From the NCBI GenBank assembly GCA_041751815.1, contig JBGSWT010000165.1, positions 1-30,304 of the forward strand: 30,304 nucleotides of DNA, in the 5' to 3' direction. The stretch comes from Pseudonocardiaceae bacterium. GTDB taxonomy: Bacteria > Actinomycetota > Actinomycetes > Mycobacteriales > Pseudonocardiaceae. Positions within the stretch are counted from its first letter, which is position 1; each line of letters starts with the position of its first letter. The position numbers and the translations under genes were made by a program. Below are positions 7,697 through 16,074 of this stretch, in pieces. The notes beneath the pieces are model-generated. The model was given only the letters and a program-made list of their open reading frames with translations, ran no database searches and was not told where the DNA came from.

Positions 7697-8917
7697 ATGG
7701 ACGACCAGGGACCGGCTATCGGCCGGCGGGTCCGTTACTGGCGTAAGCGGCGCAATCTGAACCGCCAGCGGTTCGCCGACATGGTGGGTCGCTCGGCGTC
7801 ATGGGTGGACAAAATTGAAAAAGGTGAGCGCTCTCTATTGCGCCTGCCGATGCTGGAGCGGGTGGCTACAGCTTTGAGCATCGATCCCACAGTGTTGACC
7901 GACAGTTCGGCCGCCCAACGAGCGGCAGACTGCACTGATGCCGTAGAAGTGCGGGCCATTCGGGCAGCACTAGGCCGATACCCGTCCGTTGCTGCACGCG
8001 GTACCGAAAGGCGCCCGGCCAGGCTGAACACCGTGGCCGGGCAGTTGGCCTACGTCGAGCATGCGTGGTCGTCGTCTCATTTCACGGTGGCGTCCCAGCA
8101 CCTGCCGAAGCTGTTGAGCGACGCCCAGGTCGTCGTGCTGACTGCCTCGGCCGCCGACCAGGTGGCAGCCCATCGCGCCCTCGTCGTGACCTACCGCCTG
8201 GCCTCGTCCGTGCTGTTGAAGTTCAACGCCAACGACATCGCGTGGCTTGCAGCGGACCGGGCGATGCATATGGCACTGGCTGTCGACGACACCGTGGCCC
8301 TGGCGCGGGCCACGCGCAGCGTGGCCCGCGCTATGAGCAGCAGCGGCCAGAGGACCGATGCCGTCGCAGTCCTGACGGGTATGGCCGACCTGATGCGGCC
8401 GCAGTTGCCTGCGCAAGAGCTTGGGCTGCGCTCGCTCTACGGCATGCTGTTTCTGGCGGCCTCCATCGCGGCAGCTCATCAGCACGATGCCGCACTAGCC
8501 TTCGCGATGCACCAGGAGGCCGAGGCGGCGGCGGCCCGGATGGGACCGCGCCATGACACACACCAGACTAGTTTCGGCCGAGCCAATGTTGCCCTGCATC
8601 GAGTGGCGGCTCTGGTTCGGTTGCACGAAGGCGGCCGAGCGCTGGACTACGCCCGGGGCATCGACACAGCGCTCGTCGGCATGCTCCCTCCGGAACGGAG
8701 GGCTAACTATCTGCTGGACCTAGTCCAGGCACTCGTCCAAGTGGGTCGCTACTCCGACGCCGTACGGACGTTGAGCGAGGCCGAGCACGTCGCCGCGGAA
8801 GAAGTGCGTTGCCGACCACTTGCGCACGGCTTATTACGGTCACTGGTGGACACAACAAGTGGTGAATCCGGCCGTCTGGCGCGGCAGATGGCGATCCGAG
8901 CAGGTCTGACGGTATGA
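7697..8917 (+). CDS. XRE-family HTH regulator with long helical (TPR-like) C-terminus
   Basis: IGRRVRYWRKRRNLNRQRFADMVGRSASWVDKIEKGER Cro/C1 HTH; start placed at MDDQG (7697); ATGA overlap with the flavoprotein gene. Confidence 0.85.
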   Translation: MDDQGPAIGRRVRYWRKRRNLNRQRFADMVGRSASWVDKIEKGERSLLRLPMLERVATALSIDPTVLTDSSAAQRAADCTDAVEVRAIRAALGRYPSVAARGTERRPARLNTVAGQLAYVEHAWSSSHFTVASQHLPKLLSDAQVVVLTASAADQVAAHRALVVTYRLASSVLLKFNANDIAWLAADRAMHMALAVDDTVALARATRSVARAMSSSGQRTDAVAVLTGMADLMRPQLPAQELGLRSLYGMLFLAASIAAAHQHDAALAFAMHQEAEAAAARMGPRHDTHQTSFGRANVALHRVAALVRLHEGGRALDYARGIDTALVGMLPPERRANYLLDLVQALVQVGRYSDAVRTLSEAEHVAAEEVRCRPLAHGLLRSLVDTTSGESGRLARQMAIRAGLTV

Positions 8918-9444
8918 CCGGGCGGGTGTTGTATCTCGTGATCTGCGCCGCAGGTCCGGCCAGCCGCATTGACGTCATGGTGAATCTAGCGAGGGCGGCG
9001 GGATGGTCGGTCCACTGCCTGGCCACCCCTGCGGCGGTCGAGTACTTCCTGGACGTCCCCGCGCTGACCACGCTGACCGGCCACCCGGTACGCACTACCT
9101 ACCGCACCTCCGAGAATGAACCATTGCCTCGGGCAGACACCATCGTCGTCGCACCAGCAACTTACAACACGATCAACAAATGGGCCGCCGGCATCGCCGA
9201 CAACTACGTGCTCAATCAGCTCGCCGAACTGACCGGGCTCGGCGTGCATACCGTGGTTCTGCCGTTTGTCAACCAGGGGCTGGCAGCCAATCAGGTATTC
9301 GTCCGCAGCGTCGAAGAATTACGCCAGGCAGGCGTGCGCGTCTTGTTCGGGCCAGGAGAATTCGAACCACATCCGCCGCGCACCGGCGGCGCAGTGCTCG
9401 ATACCTACCCGTGGGATCGAGCACTCGCGGCTGCACAAAAATAA
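8914..9444 (+). CDS. Stand-alone flavoprotein (HFCD / PF02441-like fold)
   Basis: LYLVICAAG, ATPAA, ADTIVVAPATYNTINKWAAGIADN and PFVN motifs of the CoaBC/EpiD-type flavoprotein domain. Confidence 0.85.
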   Translation: MTGRVLYLVICAAGPASRIDVMVNLARAAGWSVHCLATPAAVEYFLDVPALTTLTGHPVRTTYRTSENEPLPRADTIVVAPATYNTINKWAAGIADNYVLNQLAELTGLGVHTVVLPFVNQGLAANQVFVRSVEELRQAGVRVLFGPGEFEPHPPRTGGAVLDTYPWDRALAAAQK

Positions 9445-9478
9445 TGCAAGATGGACTGTCCCAGCCCACGCAACACAG

Positions 9479-9594
9479 GCCCGTCGTCGCCCCTAGCTCC
9501 AGCCCCGGCACGGCGGCACCGAGCAGGTGGTCCGCCGCGCCGTCGTCGGTAGGGACGGGCAGTCGACCGGCAATACCGAGGGGTCATGCGTCAT
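9479..9594 (-). pseudogene. Frameshifted, truncated 5' remnant of a peroxiredoxin/redoxin-family gene
   Basis: ATG 9594 reads MTHDPSVLPVD; restoring one C near 9562 gives LPVPTDDGAADHLLGAAVPGLELGATTG, the typical LPxPxDDGAADHL N-terminus of this family; similarity ends at ~9479. Confidence 0.6.
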
Positions 9595-9773
9595 ACCGCC
9601 GATCCTGCCTGCCCCAACGTAGGCTCCGGCGCCATGCATCTGAACCACACCACTTTTCGCATTGGGACGCCCCGGAGGTCGCCGTCCGCTAACTCTCGAT
9701 AGCACTGCGACCGTGCCGAGTGCGCGATCGCGCTCAGCGCCTGAGCCAGAGTCTTGGACCACTTTCGGCCAGG

Positions 9774-11285
9774 TCAACATCGTTGTCTGGCATCGTTCGG
9801 TACGCACGGCAAGCCATCTCCGGACCTCAAGCCGAGCCACTCCACAGCGCCGCTAGATTTTACTAGCAGGATGGCTACCGCTTTGTTCACAGTGTTGCCG
9901 TTCTCGTCCAGTGAGATCCAGCCGCTCGCTCCGGGCACCGCGCCTGCCCCTCGCAGCCCATTGAATTGCTGGATAATCAGGCCAGGACTGTCACCATCTT
10001 CACCGAAAGCGGAACGGATTGCCTTAGTGACAATGACGATAGCGTCATGGCCAATGATCGCAGCTCCGTCATGCATCTGATCACCAGGAAAGAGCCTCAT
10101 ATAGCAACTGTCGCCCTCGCAGGTCTGATCAAGACGAGACATCGATGCCTGCGCAAAGCCCTCTGGCGCACCCGACCACGATCCCGGGTGAGCTTGACTC
10201 GTATATCTCACTGATACCTCGGCCCTACCGGCCGATACTATCAGCGCTTCCTGTAGATCAGGACTGTCCTTGACCTCGGCCGGGAACTCGACGGCATCCG
10301 CTCCAGCCACGATGCGGATCGGCACATCGAAGCACGGGCGATTGGGCACTTCTTTGACCAATTCCACTAGAGCTGGGGTACGGCCAGCGAAGAATATTAC
10401 GTCAGGCTTCTGCACACAAATATCACGTAGAATTGAGCTCATCTGCGTGCCCACGCCACCATTCTTCGAGTTGTATCGACCGTATGGTTTTAGCAACTCG
10501 TGATTCTCGTCAACGAATTTCTCCGCGAACGACTCCCCCAAGGACAAAAGGTAGGCATCCTCTTCGTTTCTGTCCTGTATAAGAAATCCGCGACGGGCAG
10601 TCGACTTCAAAAAGTACGCCACCGCTTTTGCCTGGTCGTTGTTAGTTGGCGCGACCCGCGCGAGGCCTTGTACTCCGCCGGGCACTTTAAGGGCAGTCAG
10701 CGTGTTCCCGGTCAAGCGAGATGCGATCACCGGAACTTTCCTGTACCTGAACTCATCGATCGTCTTTATTGTATCGCTCAGTGTCCGCCCGGTCACCACA
10801 ACAGCGACAAGCCGTTCGGGTGTGTTGACCTTCTCCACTAAGTCCGGGATCACTCTCTTCCATTTGCTCGACCCGTCGCCGTAGTTGGCGACTAAGAGTC
10901 GGATCAGCCGCCCATCGGTCGTCGTCTGATTTGCTAGCAGTTGAGCGACGTGAGCACCTTGTAGCTCATGCCGCACTAATTCCGTCAGTTTGTCGTCCGG
11001 CGACTTCGGCATGGGAACCAGGTAGCCGACGCTGACTACCGCTTGGCCCAAGCTGTCGACGCGCTCGTTCTCGCTGCGGATCTTGTGCAGCACATCCGCC
11101 AGTTCCGGGCTCAGTGTAACCCGCCCGTCCGTGACACCAATGCATTGGCCGTCGACCCAGTCAACGTCAGGTCCACACGTGTACGAAATATTGTAGACCC
11201 AAAAAGTCACACCCGCTACGAGCAACACGCTGATTACGCCAGCAGTCAATTTCACCCATTGGGAAAATTTTCCACGCATAGTCAT
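9774..11285 (-). CDS. Membrane-anchored type-1 periplasmic-binding-fold protein (branched-chain amino-acid-binding-like), no cognate ABC genes nearby
   Basis: N-terminal TM (AGVISVLLVAGVTFWVY), C-x10-CIGVTDG, ELQGAHVAQ, RLLVANYG, ARVAPTNNDQA, PDVIFFAGR and GASGWISLDENGN. Confidence 0.8.
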   Translation of the reverse strand: MTMRGKFSQWVKLTAGVISVLLVAGVTFWVYNISYTCGPDVDWVDGQCIGVTDGRVTLSPELADVLHKIRSENERVDSLGQAVVSVGYLVPMPKSPDDKLTELVRHELQGAHVAQLLANQTTTDGRLIRLLVANYGDGSSKWKRVIPDLVEKVNTPERLVAVVVTGRTLSDTIKTIDEFRYRKVPVIASRLTGNTLTALKVPGGVQGLARVAPTNNDQAKAVAYFLKSTARRGFLIQDRNEEDAYLLSLGESFAEKFVDENHELLKPYGRYNSKNGGVGTQMSSILRDICVQKPDVIFFAGRTPALVELVKEVPNRPCFDVPIRIVAGADAVEFPAEVKDSPDLQEALIVSAGRAEVSVRYTSQAHPGSWSGAPEGFAQASMSRLDQTCEGDSCYMRLFPGDQMHDGAAIIGHDAIVIVTKAIRSAFGEDGDSPGLIIQQFNGLRGAGAVPGASGWISLDENGNTVNKAVAILLVKSSGAVEWLGLRSGDGLPCVPNDARQRC

Positions 11286-11315
11286 CGAGGCCTCACTTGA
11301 CGCACGTAAAAACTG

Positions 11316-13247
11316 TCACCGAGTTTGCCAGCTGCTTTCCCACTGGCTTGAGCAGTCTCGAAATTCTCTCGCCTGTGCATACAGCTTCAGCGCGCCCCGC
11401 AAGGGGTCGCGAGCGAGTTCTTCGAGTTCTTGGGCGATTGCCGGGCACAGAGAGTGGCACGGGTCGCCGAGGGGGTCATTATGTAACTGCAGGGCAGCCA
11501 CCAAGGACTCTTTCACGACGAGCCTGTCATCAGCGTCACCGACCAATAGTCGCCAGTGTTCCTCTGAGCTGCTTCCCCTGGCCGGGTGCGCAAGGGGTGC
11601 CTCGGTGATGATTCGGAGAGTGTCAAACCATCTTTGAGCACCCACGGTCATAAAGAGCTCGCTCAGATACTCAGCTACCGTAACAATTTCTCCGCGTGCC
11701 AGGCAATGGTACATCGCACTTGCCGTGTCACCTCGCTCTTCTGCGCGAACCTGCATTCGCCGGTGCACGTCATTCCAAGTCGGGTCACCCGGCATGGCTG
11801 GAACCGCGAGCAGATGCATTATCGCCCGCCGTGGGAATGGATGTAATATCGGCCGCTGCGCGGAAGAATGCTGCACCCACAGGTCACGCGACCGGAAGTC
11901 CACCATCGTGCTAGCAACTTCGAGAGGTATCCCCCTCAACGCCTCAGCGAGCTCTTCATCTCCGAAGTCGCGCGCCGCAGTGCTACCGATAAGCGCTCTA
12001 CGAACGCTCACCGGCCACTTGCCGATGAGCAGCTGGAGGACGTCGTTAGGGAGTACCGGCCTATTCCCACGATGATCAGTCCATGCGAGAACACCACGGA
12101 CGTCGACATTCTCGGCTCCTACGCTGTGGCGTTGTCGAGAAATCGTTCGTAGTACGAGCCGCAAACCGCCAAGGTGACCGTCAGTAAGCCGCCAGGCGAA
12201 CCGGAACGTTTTGTCCGCTCCGCCCAAGACTCCGGCTACGTCGATGTCGTCTCGGTGCGGCTGGGAACTTCGGGCAGCGAAGTAGTCCACCGCCTCGTCT
12301 AACTTGAGTCCGCGTAGCTCGATGTGATACAGCGCGGTCGACCCGTCGCGGGTATCCCGTTTCGCCCCCCGCTCTTGACCTGCAGTCGGTGCACGAGACG
12401 ATGATGCCGCGACGATCAGCAAGGGATCCCAGTCATGGCGATGAGCTGCGATAAGATCGAGGAATTCGTGCGCCACATCGGTACCAGCGAAATCCAAAAG
12501 GACCAAGCACGTTTTGTCCCTGTCCCATAGGTGCGGAAACCTCGCTGTGCATCCCTCTCGGAGGTCGGCAAGAAATGCGCGGCACAACACCTCATCGACC
12601 TTGGCTAATTGACTATCAGCTTCCGCTTTTGCGAGCGTGACGAGGGCGTCGACTGCGTCACGTTTGCCGAGTTCGTCCCGGTACCAACGCAGGTGGCGAC
12701 CGCCAAGAAGAGGCACCGTCTCGATGACGGCCAACATGGCCTCCACTGCCAAGCTATGCAGTCGGGAGTCTAGTGGTGTTCCGACGAGGTTAATCAGGAC
12801 GGATGCGGTCTCGCGTATAAGATCTTTCAGCAGCGTACGGTCAAGAATGATTCTCTTAATCATCTCCGCCCGCGTCGCCGCCCGGCTGTCAAAGTTGACC
12901 GGTCCTCGGGTCGCCGCCACTCCGAGGAAAAGTCTTGGAAAACGTAGCCAGCCAAAGCGCTCGACCTTTTCGCTTAGATGAAACGCCAGCAGCAGGGCAA
13001 TCTGGTGCGGTCGTTGAATATCCAACGGCTCACCCACGCGGACACACGGCCTACCGGGCTTGAAGCGTGTCTCCAGGTAATCCAACAGTTCAGACTGGCC
13101 GCTGTCCCTCGGGCCACAAAGCCACACGATCCTCATGCCTCGCTTTTTGTGACCGAGGCACTCGTCGACCAGGTTGGAGATCGACCTCCAGCCCTCGAAC
13201 GAACTTGCCCCCGAACGCCGTCGGTCGCTATGCACCTGACTGGCCAT
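11316..13247 (-). CDS. P-loop NTPase-like protein with degenerate Walker A and helical C-terminus (STAND/MalT-like architecture)
   Basis: IVWLCGPRDSGQSELL is GxxxxG(K>Q)S; CLVLLDFAG is Walker-B-like; LTDGHLGGL resembles the STAND GxP-region; AMYHCLARGE helical repeat; RBS GGAG before ATG 13247. Confidence 0.65.
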   Translation of the reverse strand: MASQVHSDRRRSGASSFEGWRSISNLVDECLGHKKRGMRIVWLCGPRDSGQSELLDYLETRFKPGRPCVRVGEPLDIQRPHQIALLLAFHLSEKVERFGWLRFPRLFLGVAATRGPVNFDSRAATRAEMIKRIILDRTLLKDLIRETASVLINLVGTPLDSRLHSLAVEAMLAVIETVPLLGGRHLRWYRDELGKRDAVDALVTLAKAEADSQLAKVDEVLCRAFLADLREGCTARFPHLWDRDKTCLVLLDFAGTDVAHEFLDLIAAHRHDWDPLLIVAASSSRAPTAGQERGAKRDTRDGSTALYHIELRGLKLDEAVDYFAARSSQPHRDDIDVAGVLGGADKTFRFAWRLTDGHLGGLRLVLRTISRQRHSVGAENVDVRGVLAWTDHRGNRPVLPNDVLQLLIGKWPVSVRRALIGSTAARDFGDEELAEALRGIPLEVASTMVDFRSRDLWVQHSSAQRPILHPFPRRAIMHLLAVPAMPGDPTWNDVHRRMQVRAEERGDTASAMYHCLARGEIVTVAEYLSELFMTVGAQRWFDTLRIITEAPLAHPARGSSSEEHWRLLVGDADDRLVVKESLVAALQLHNDPLGDPCHSLCPAIAQELEELARDPLRGALKLYAQAREFRDCSSQWESSWQTR

Positions 13248-13292
13248 ACCCGTTCTCCGTCTACTCGCTTTTTTCGTAAATCGGACGAGCGG

Positions 13293-13481
13293 TCAGCAGC
13301 AGCGGGTGGCCGGTTGGTTCTCAGCGAGCTTACTGCGCCACCGTTCGAATTCGGACGGGGTCATGACCGGCTGGTCTGGATGTAACCGTCGGTGTCGTGC
13401 AAGGTAGTGGTCGTATCGCGATTCCCCGCTGAATTCACGCAGGTACCAGCGGAGTCCACGAAACAGTTCAGCGATGCTCAT
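13293..13481 (-). CDS. ybdD: YbdD/YjiX-family small protein (CstA partner)
   Basis: WYLREFSGESRYDHYLARHRRLHPDQPVMT and C-terminal RCC; overlaps the cstA stop. Confidence 0.85.
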   Translation of the reverse strand: MSIAELFRGLRWYLREFSGESRYDHYLARHRRLHPDQPVMTPSEFERWRSKLAENQPATRCC

Positions 13482-15639
13482 GGGACGCTCCGTTCGCGAC
13501 CGGGCCGGCGCCCGCCAGTGCCCGGCGTTCTTCGTCGGTGGCGATCAACCCAGCCGCCGCAACGATCTTCGACTCAACAAAGGGCGCCTCGGTACTGGGT
13601 AGCCTCACCGACGAGCGCAACGCCCGAACCCACACCCGTGCCGCGTCCACGATCACCACGCTGATCAGTACTGCGAACAGTAGGGACAGCACTCCGCAGA
13701 CGGTGGAGTTCGTGACCACGGCGACCATGTCGTCGCGGTTGTTCGCCGGCGCTATCCACCGGCCCTGTTCCAGGGCGGTTGAGAAGCGCGCAGCCTGCGC
13801 GAAGAATCCCAGCTCAGGGTCCGACGAGAAGATCTTCTGCCAGCTGGCGGTGAGCGTAACCGCTACGACCCAGGTCAGCGGGACGATGGTCACCCAGCCC
13901 CAGCGGGCCCGGCCGCTCTTGATCAGCAGAGTGGTGCATACCGTCAGTGCGACGGCGGCGAGCAGCTGATTAGCAATCCCAAACAAGGGAAAGAGTTGAT
14001 TGATACCGCCGAGCGGGTTGGTCACTCCGGTGTAGAGAAAATAGCCCCACGCCCCGACAACGGCGGTGCTGGTGGCCCACAGCCCAGGCTTCCAGCTCAG
14101 CTGCCCAAGGGGGCGGTAGACGTTGCCGAGAGTGTCCTGCAGCATGAACCGGCCGACCCGAGTTCCGGCGTCCACCGTGGTCAGGATGAATAGCGCCTCG
14201 AACATGATCGCGAAGTGGTACCAGAACGCCTTCAACGCCGCACCACCGAAGACTCCGGCGAAGATCTCCGACATGCCGATGGCGAGCGTCGGTGCCCCAC
14301 CGGTGCGCGCGATCAGGGTGTCTTCCCCCACGGCGGCGGCCGCCCCGGCTAGCGCGTCCGGAGTGATGGTGAAGCCCAGGTTGTTCACCGCGGCCGAGGC
14401 AGACTCGACAGTGGTACCCAGCAGCCCGGCGGGTGCGTTCATCGCGTAGTACAGGCCAGGATCGATGATGGATGCCGCGATCAGCGCCATGATCGCCACG
14501 AATGACTCCATCAGCATGGCGCCGTAGCCGATCATCCGGACTTGGGACTCTTTCTGGATCATCTTCGGTGTGGTGCCCGACGCAATCAGTGAGTGGAAAC
14601 CACTCAGCGCGCCACAGGCGATGACGATGAAAACGAACGGAAACAGTCCACCGGCGAACACCGGCCCGTCGCCAGAGAAAGCGAACTCCGAGAATGCCTG
14701 GTTTTGCAGCACCGGAGCGGCCACCGCCACACTGATCGCGAGGAGCACGATGGTGCCGATCTTCATGAAGGTCGACAGGTAATCCCGGGGAGCCAGCAAC
14801 ATCCATACCGGCAACACTGACGCCGCGAAACCATAAATGATCACACAGATCACCAAGGTCTGCGGGCGCAGGGTGAACGCCCCCGCCCAGCTGGACCCCT
14901 CGACCCAGCCCCCGGCAATGATCGCCAGGAGCAGCAGGCCGACGCCGATCAGGGTTGTTTCGATCACCTTGCCCGGCCGCAGCATGCGCAGGTAATAGCC
15001 CATAAACAGGGCGATCGGAATCGTCATGGCGATGGAGAACGTTCCCCAGGGGGACCTCGCCAACGCGTTCACCACGACCAGCGCCAGCACCGCAAGCAGA
15101 ATAATCATGATTGCGAAGACGGCGATGAGCGCAGCGGCCCCACCGATCGGCCCGATCTCCTCCCGAGCCATCTGGCCCAGGCTGCGGCCGTCGCGACGCA
15201 TGGAGAAAAACAAAGTGATCATGTCCTGCACAGCGCCGGCGAAGATCACCCCAACGACGATCCACAATGTCCCCGGTAGGTACCCCATCTGGGCAGCCAG
15301 CACGGGGCCGACCAGTGGCCCAGCGCCGGCGATCGCGGCGAAGTGGTGACCGAACAGCACCCGACGATCCGTGGGGTGGTAATCGATGCCGTTGTCCAAC
15401 CGCTCGGCAGGGGTAGCCCTGCGGTCGTCCACCTGCAGTACCCGCCGAGCAATGAACCGCGCGTAGAACCGGTAGGCGATCGCGTAGGAGCCGAGTGCCG
15501 CCGCGAGCAGCCAGATCGCCGAGATCCGCTCGCCTCGGGACAGCGCGAGCACCCCCCAAGCGCTCGCGCTGACCACCGCGACGGTCGTCCACATCAGCAC
15601 CGATCTGGTGCTGATTCGCAAGGTCGAGAGGTTGGTCAC
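13468..15639 (-). CDS. cstA: Carbon starvation protein A family transporter (CstA/BtsT-like)
   Basis: VLFGHHFAAIAGAGPLVGPVLAAQMGYLPG, IACGALSGFHSLIASGTTPK, FEALFILTTVDAGTRVGRF; start GTG 15639 overlaps the upstream stop (GTGA). Confidence 0.95.
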   Translation of the reverse strand: MTNLSTLRISTRSVLMWTTVAVVSASAWGVLALSRGERISAIWLLAAALGSYAIAYRFYARFIARRVLQVDDRRATPAERLDNGIDYHPTDRRVLFGHHFAAIAGAGPLVGPVLAAQMGYLPGTLWIVVGVIFAGAVQDMITLFFSMRRDGRSLGQMAREEIGPIGGAAALIAVFAIMIILLAVLALVVVNALARSPWGTFSIAMTIPIALFMGYYLRMLRPGKVIETTLIGVGLLLLAIIAGGWVEGSSWAGAFTLRPQTLVICVIIYGFAASVLPVWMLLAPRDYLSTFMKIGTIVLLAISVAVAAPVLQNQAFSEFAFSGDGPVFAGGLFPFVFIVIACGALSGFHSLIASGTTPKMIQKESQVRMIGYGAMLMESFVAIMALIAASIIDPGLYYAMNAPAGLLGTTVESASAAVNNLGFTITPDALAGAAAAVGEDTLIARTGGAPTLAIGMSEIFAGVFGGAALKAFWYHFAIMFEALFILTTVDAGTRVGRFMLQDTLGNVYRPLGQLSWKPGLWATSTAVVGAWGYFLYTGVTNPLGGINQLFPLFGIANQLLAAVALTVCTTLLIKSGRARWGWVTIVPLTWVVAVTLTASWQKIFSSDPELGFFAQAARFSTALEQGRWIAPANNRDDMVAVVTNSTVCGVLSLLFAVLISVVIVDAARVWVRALRSSVRLPSTEAPFVESKIVAAAGLIATDEERRALAGAGPVANGASHEHR

Positions 15640-15878
15640 GATGAATTCTGCTTGCTCGGGCGCCGGTGGAGGAGGACATAGGCGATCACCATGAGTAACG
15701 GGGTGAGGAGCACCCAGATCGCCTGGTAGGCGTAGAAGTAGGGAAGCCCGAGAATCCGGGGGGTGCCCGCTGCGTAGAGCGGAACGCACAACAGAGCGCC
15801 ACCGGGGGCCAGCAGGCAGGCCCCCGCGATCACCTGCCGCCACACCTCGCGCCGACGCTGCGGCGTCTGCTCTGCCAT
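15636..15878 (-). CDS. DUF3311-family small membrane protein
   Basis: VPLYAAGTPRILGLPYFYAYQAIWVLLT, two TM helices; RBS GGGAG then ATG 15878. Confidence 0.8.
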   Translation of the reverse strand: MAEQTPQRRREVWRQVIAGACLLAPGGALLCVPLYAAGTPRILGLPYFYAYQAIWVLLTPLLMVIAYVLLHRRPSKQNSS

Positions 15879-15925
15879 CGTCGTTACTCCCACGCTCGCC
15901 GAGGCGACTTGTGCTCGGTCGACGT

Positions 15926-15955
15926 GGTATCACCTCAGTGCGGCCCGGGGTTGAC
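15926..15955 (-). promoter_or_regulatory. Putative ECF-sigma promoter for the DUF3311-cstA arm
   Basis: Minus strand reads GTCAACCC-N14-GTGATACC; same spacing as the + strand copy at 15981. Confidence 0.6.
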
Positions 15956-15980
15956 TCTGTTCCCTCGATCAGGTGATACG

Positions 15981-16010
15981 GTCAACCCTTGGTCTGATCA
16001 AAGCGATAAC
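15981..16010 (+). promoter_or_regulatory. Putative ECF-sigma promoter for the symporter-sigma arm
   Basis: Plus strand reads GTCAACCC-N14-GCGATAAC; an AAC-containing -35 is typical of ECF promoters. Confidence 0.6.
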
Positions 16011-16074
16011 CCCACGTTGGCGCTCCGCCATCTTCCGGCACCCAGCCGAGGTAGCGTCGAGTGGAGGTGCTGCG

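Noticed and set aside
9640-9675. GGGGCGTCCCAATGCGAAAAG (minus strand) as a Tn3-like terminal repeat
   Set aside because: No partner repeat or transposase found and the spacing does not fit; likely chance.
13293-13301. Selenocysteine read-through in the YbdD/YjiX protein
   Set aside because: Ends TGC TGC TGA with both Cys already encoded; no SECIS-like hairpin recognised.
15640-15933. Extended N-termini in the ORF track for cstA (also for 7487, 15973, 22294 and 23436)
   Set aside because: The extensions overlap neighbouring genes or promoters; downstream starts have an RBS or coupled stop-start overlaps.
15927-15988. Interleaved inverted repeats GTATCACCT/AGGTGATAC and GGGTTGAC/GTCAACCC as an RNA pseudoknot
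   Set aside because: Better explained by divergent promoter elements; neither predicted transcript would contain all four arms.
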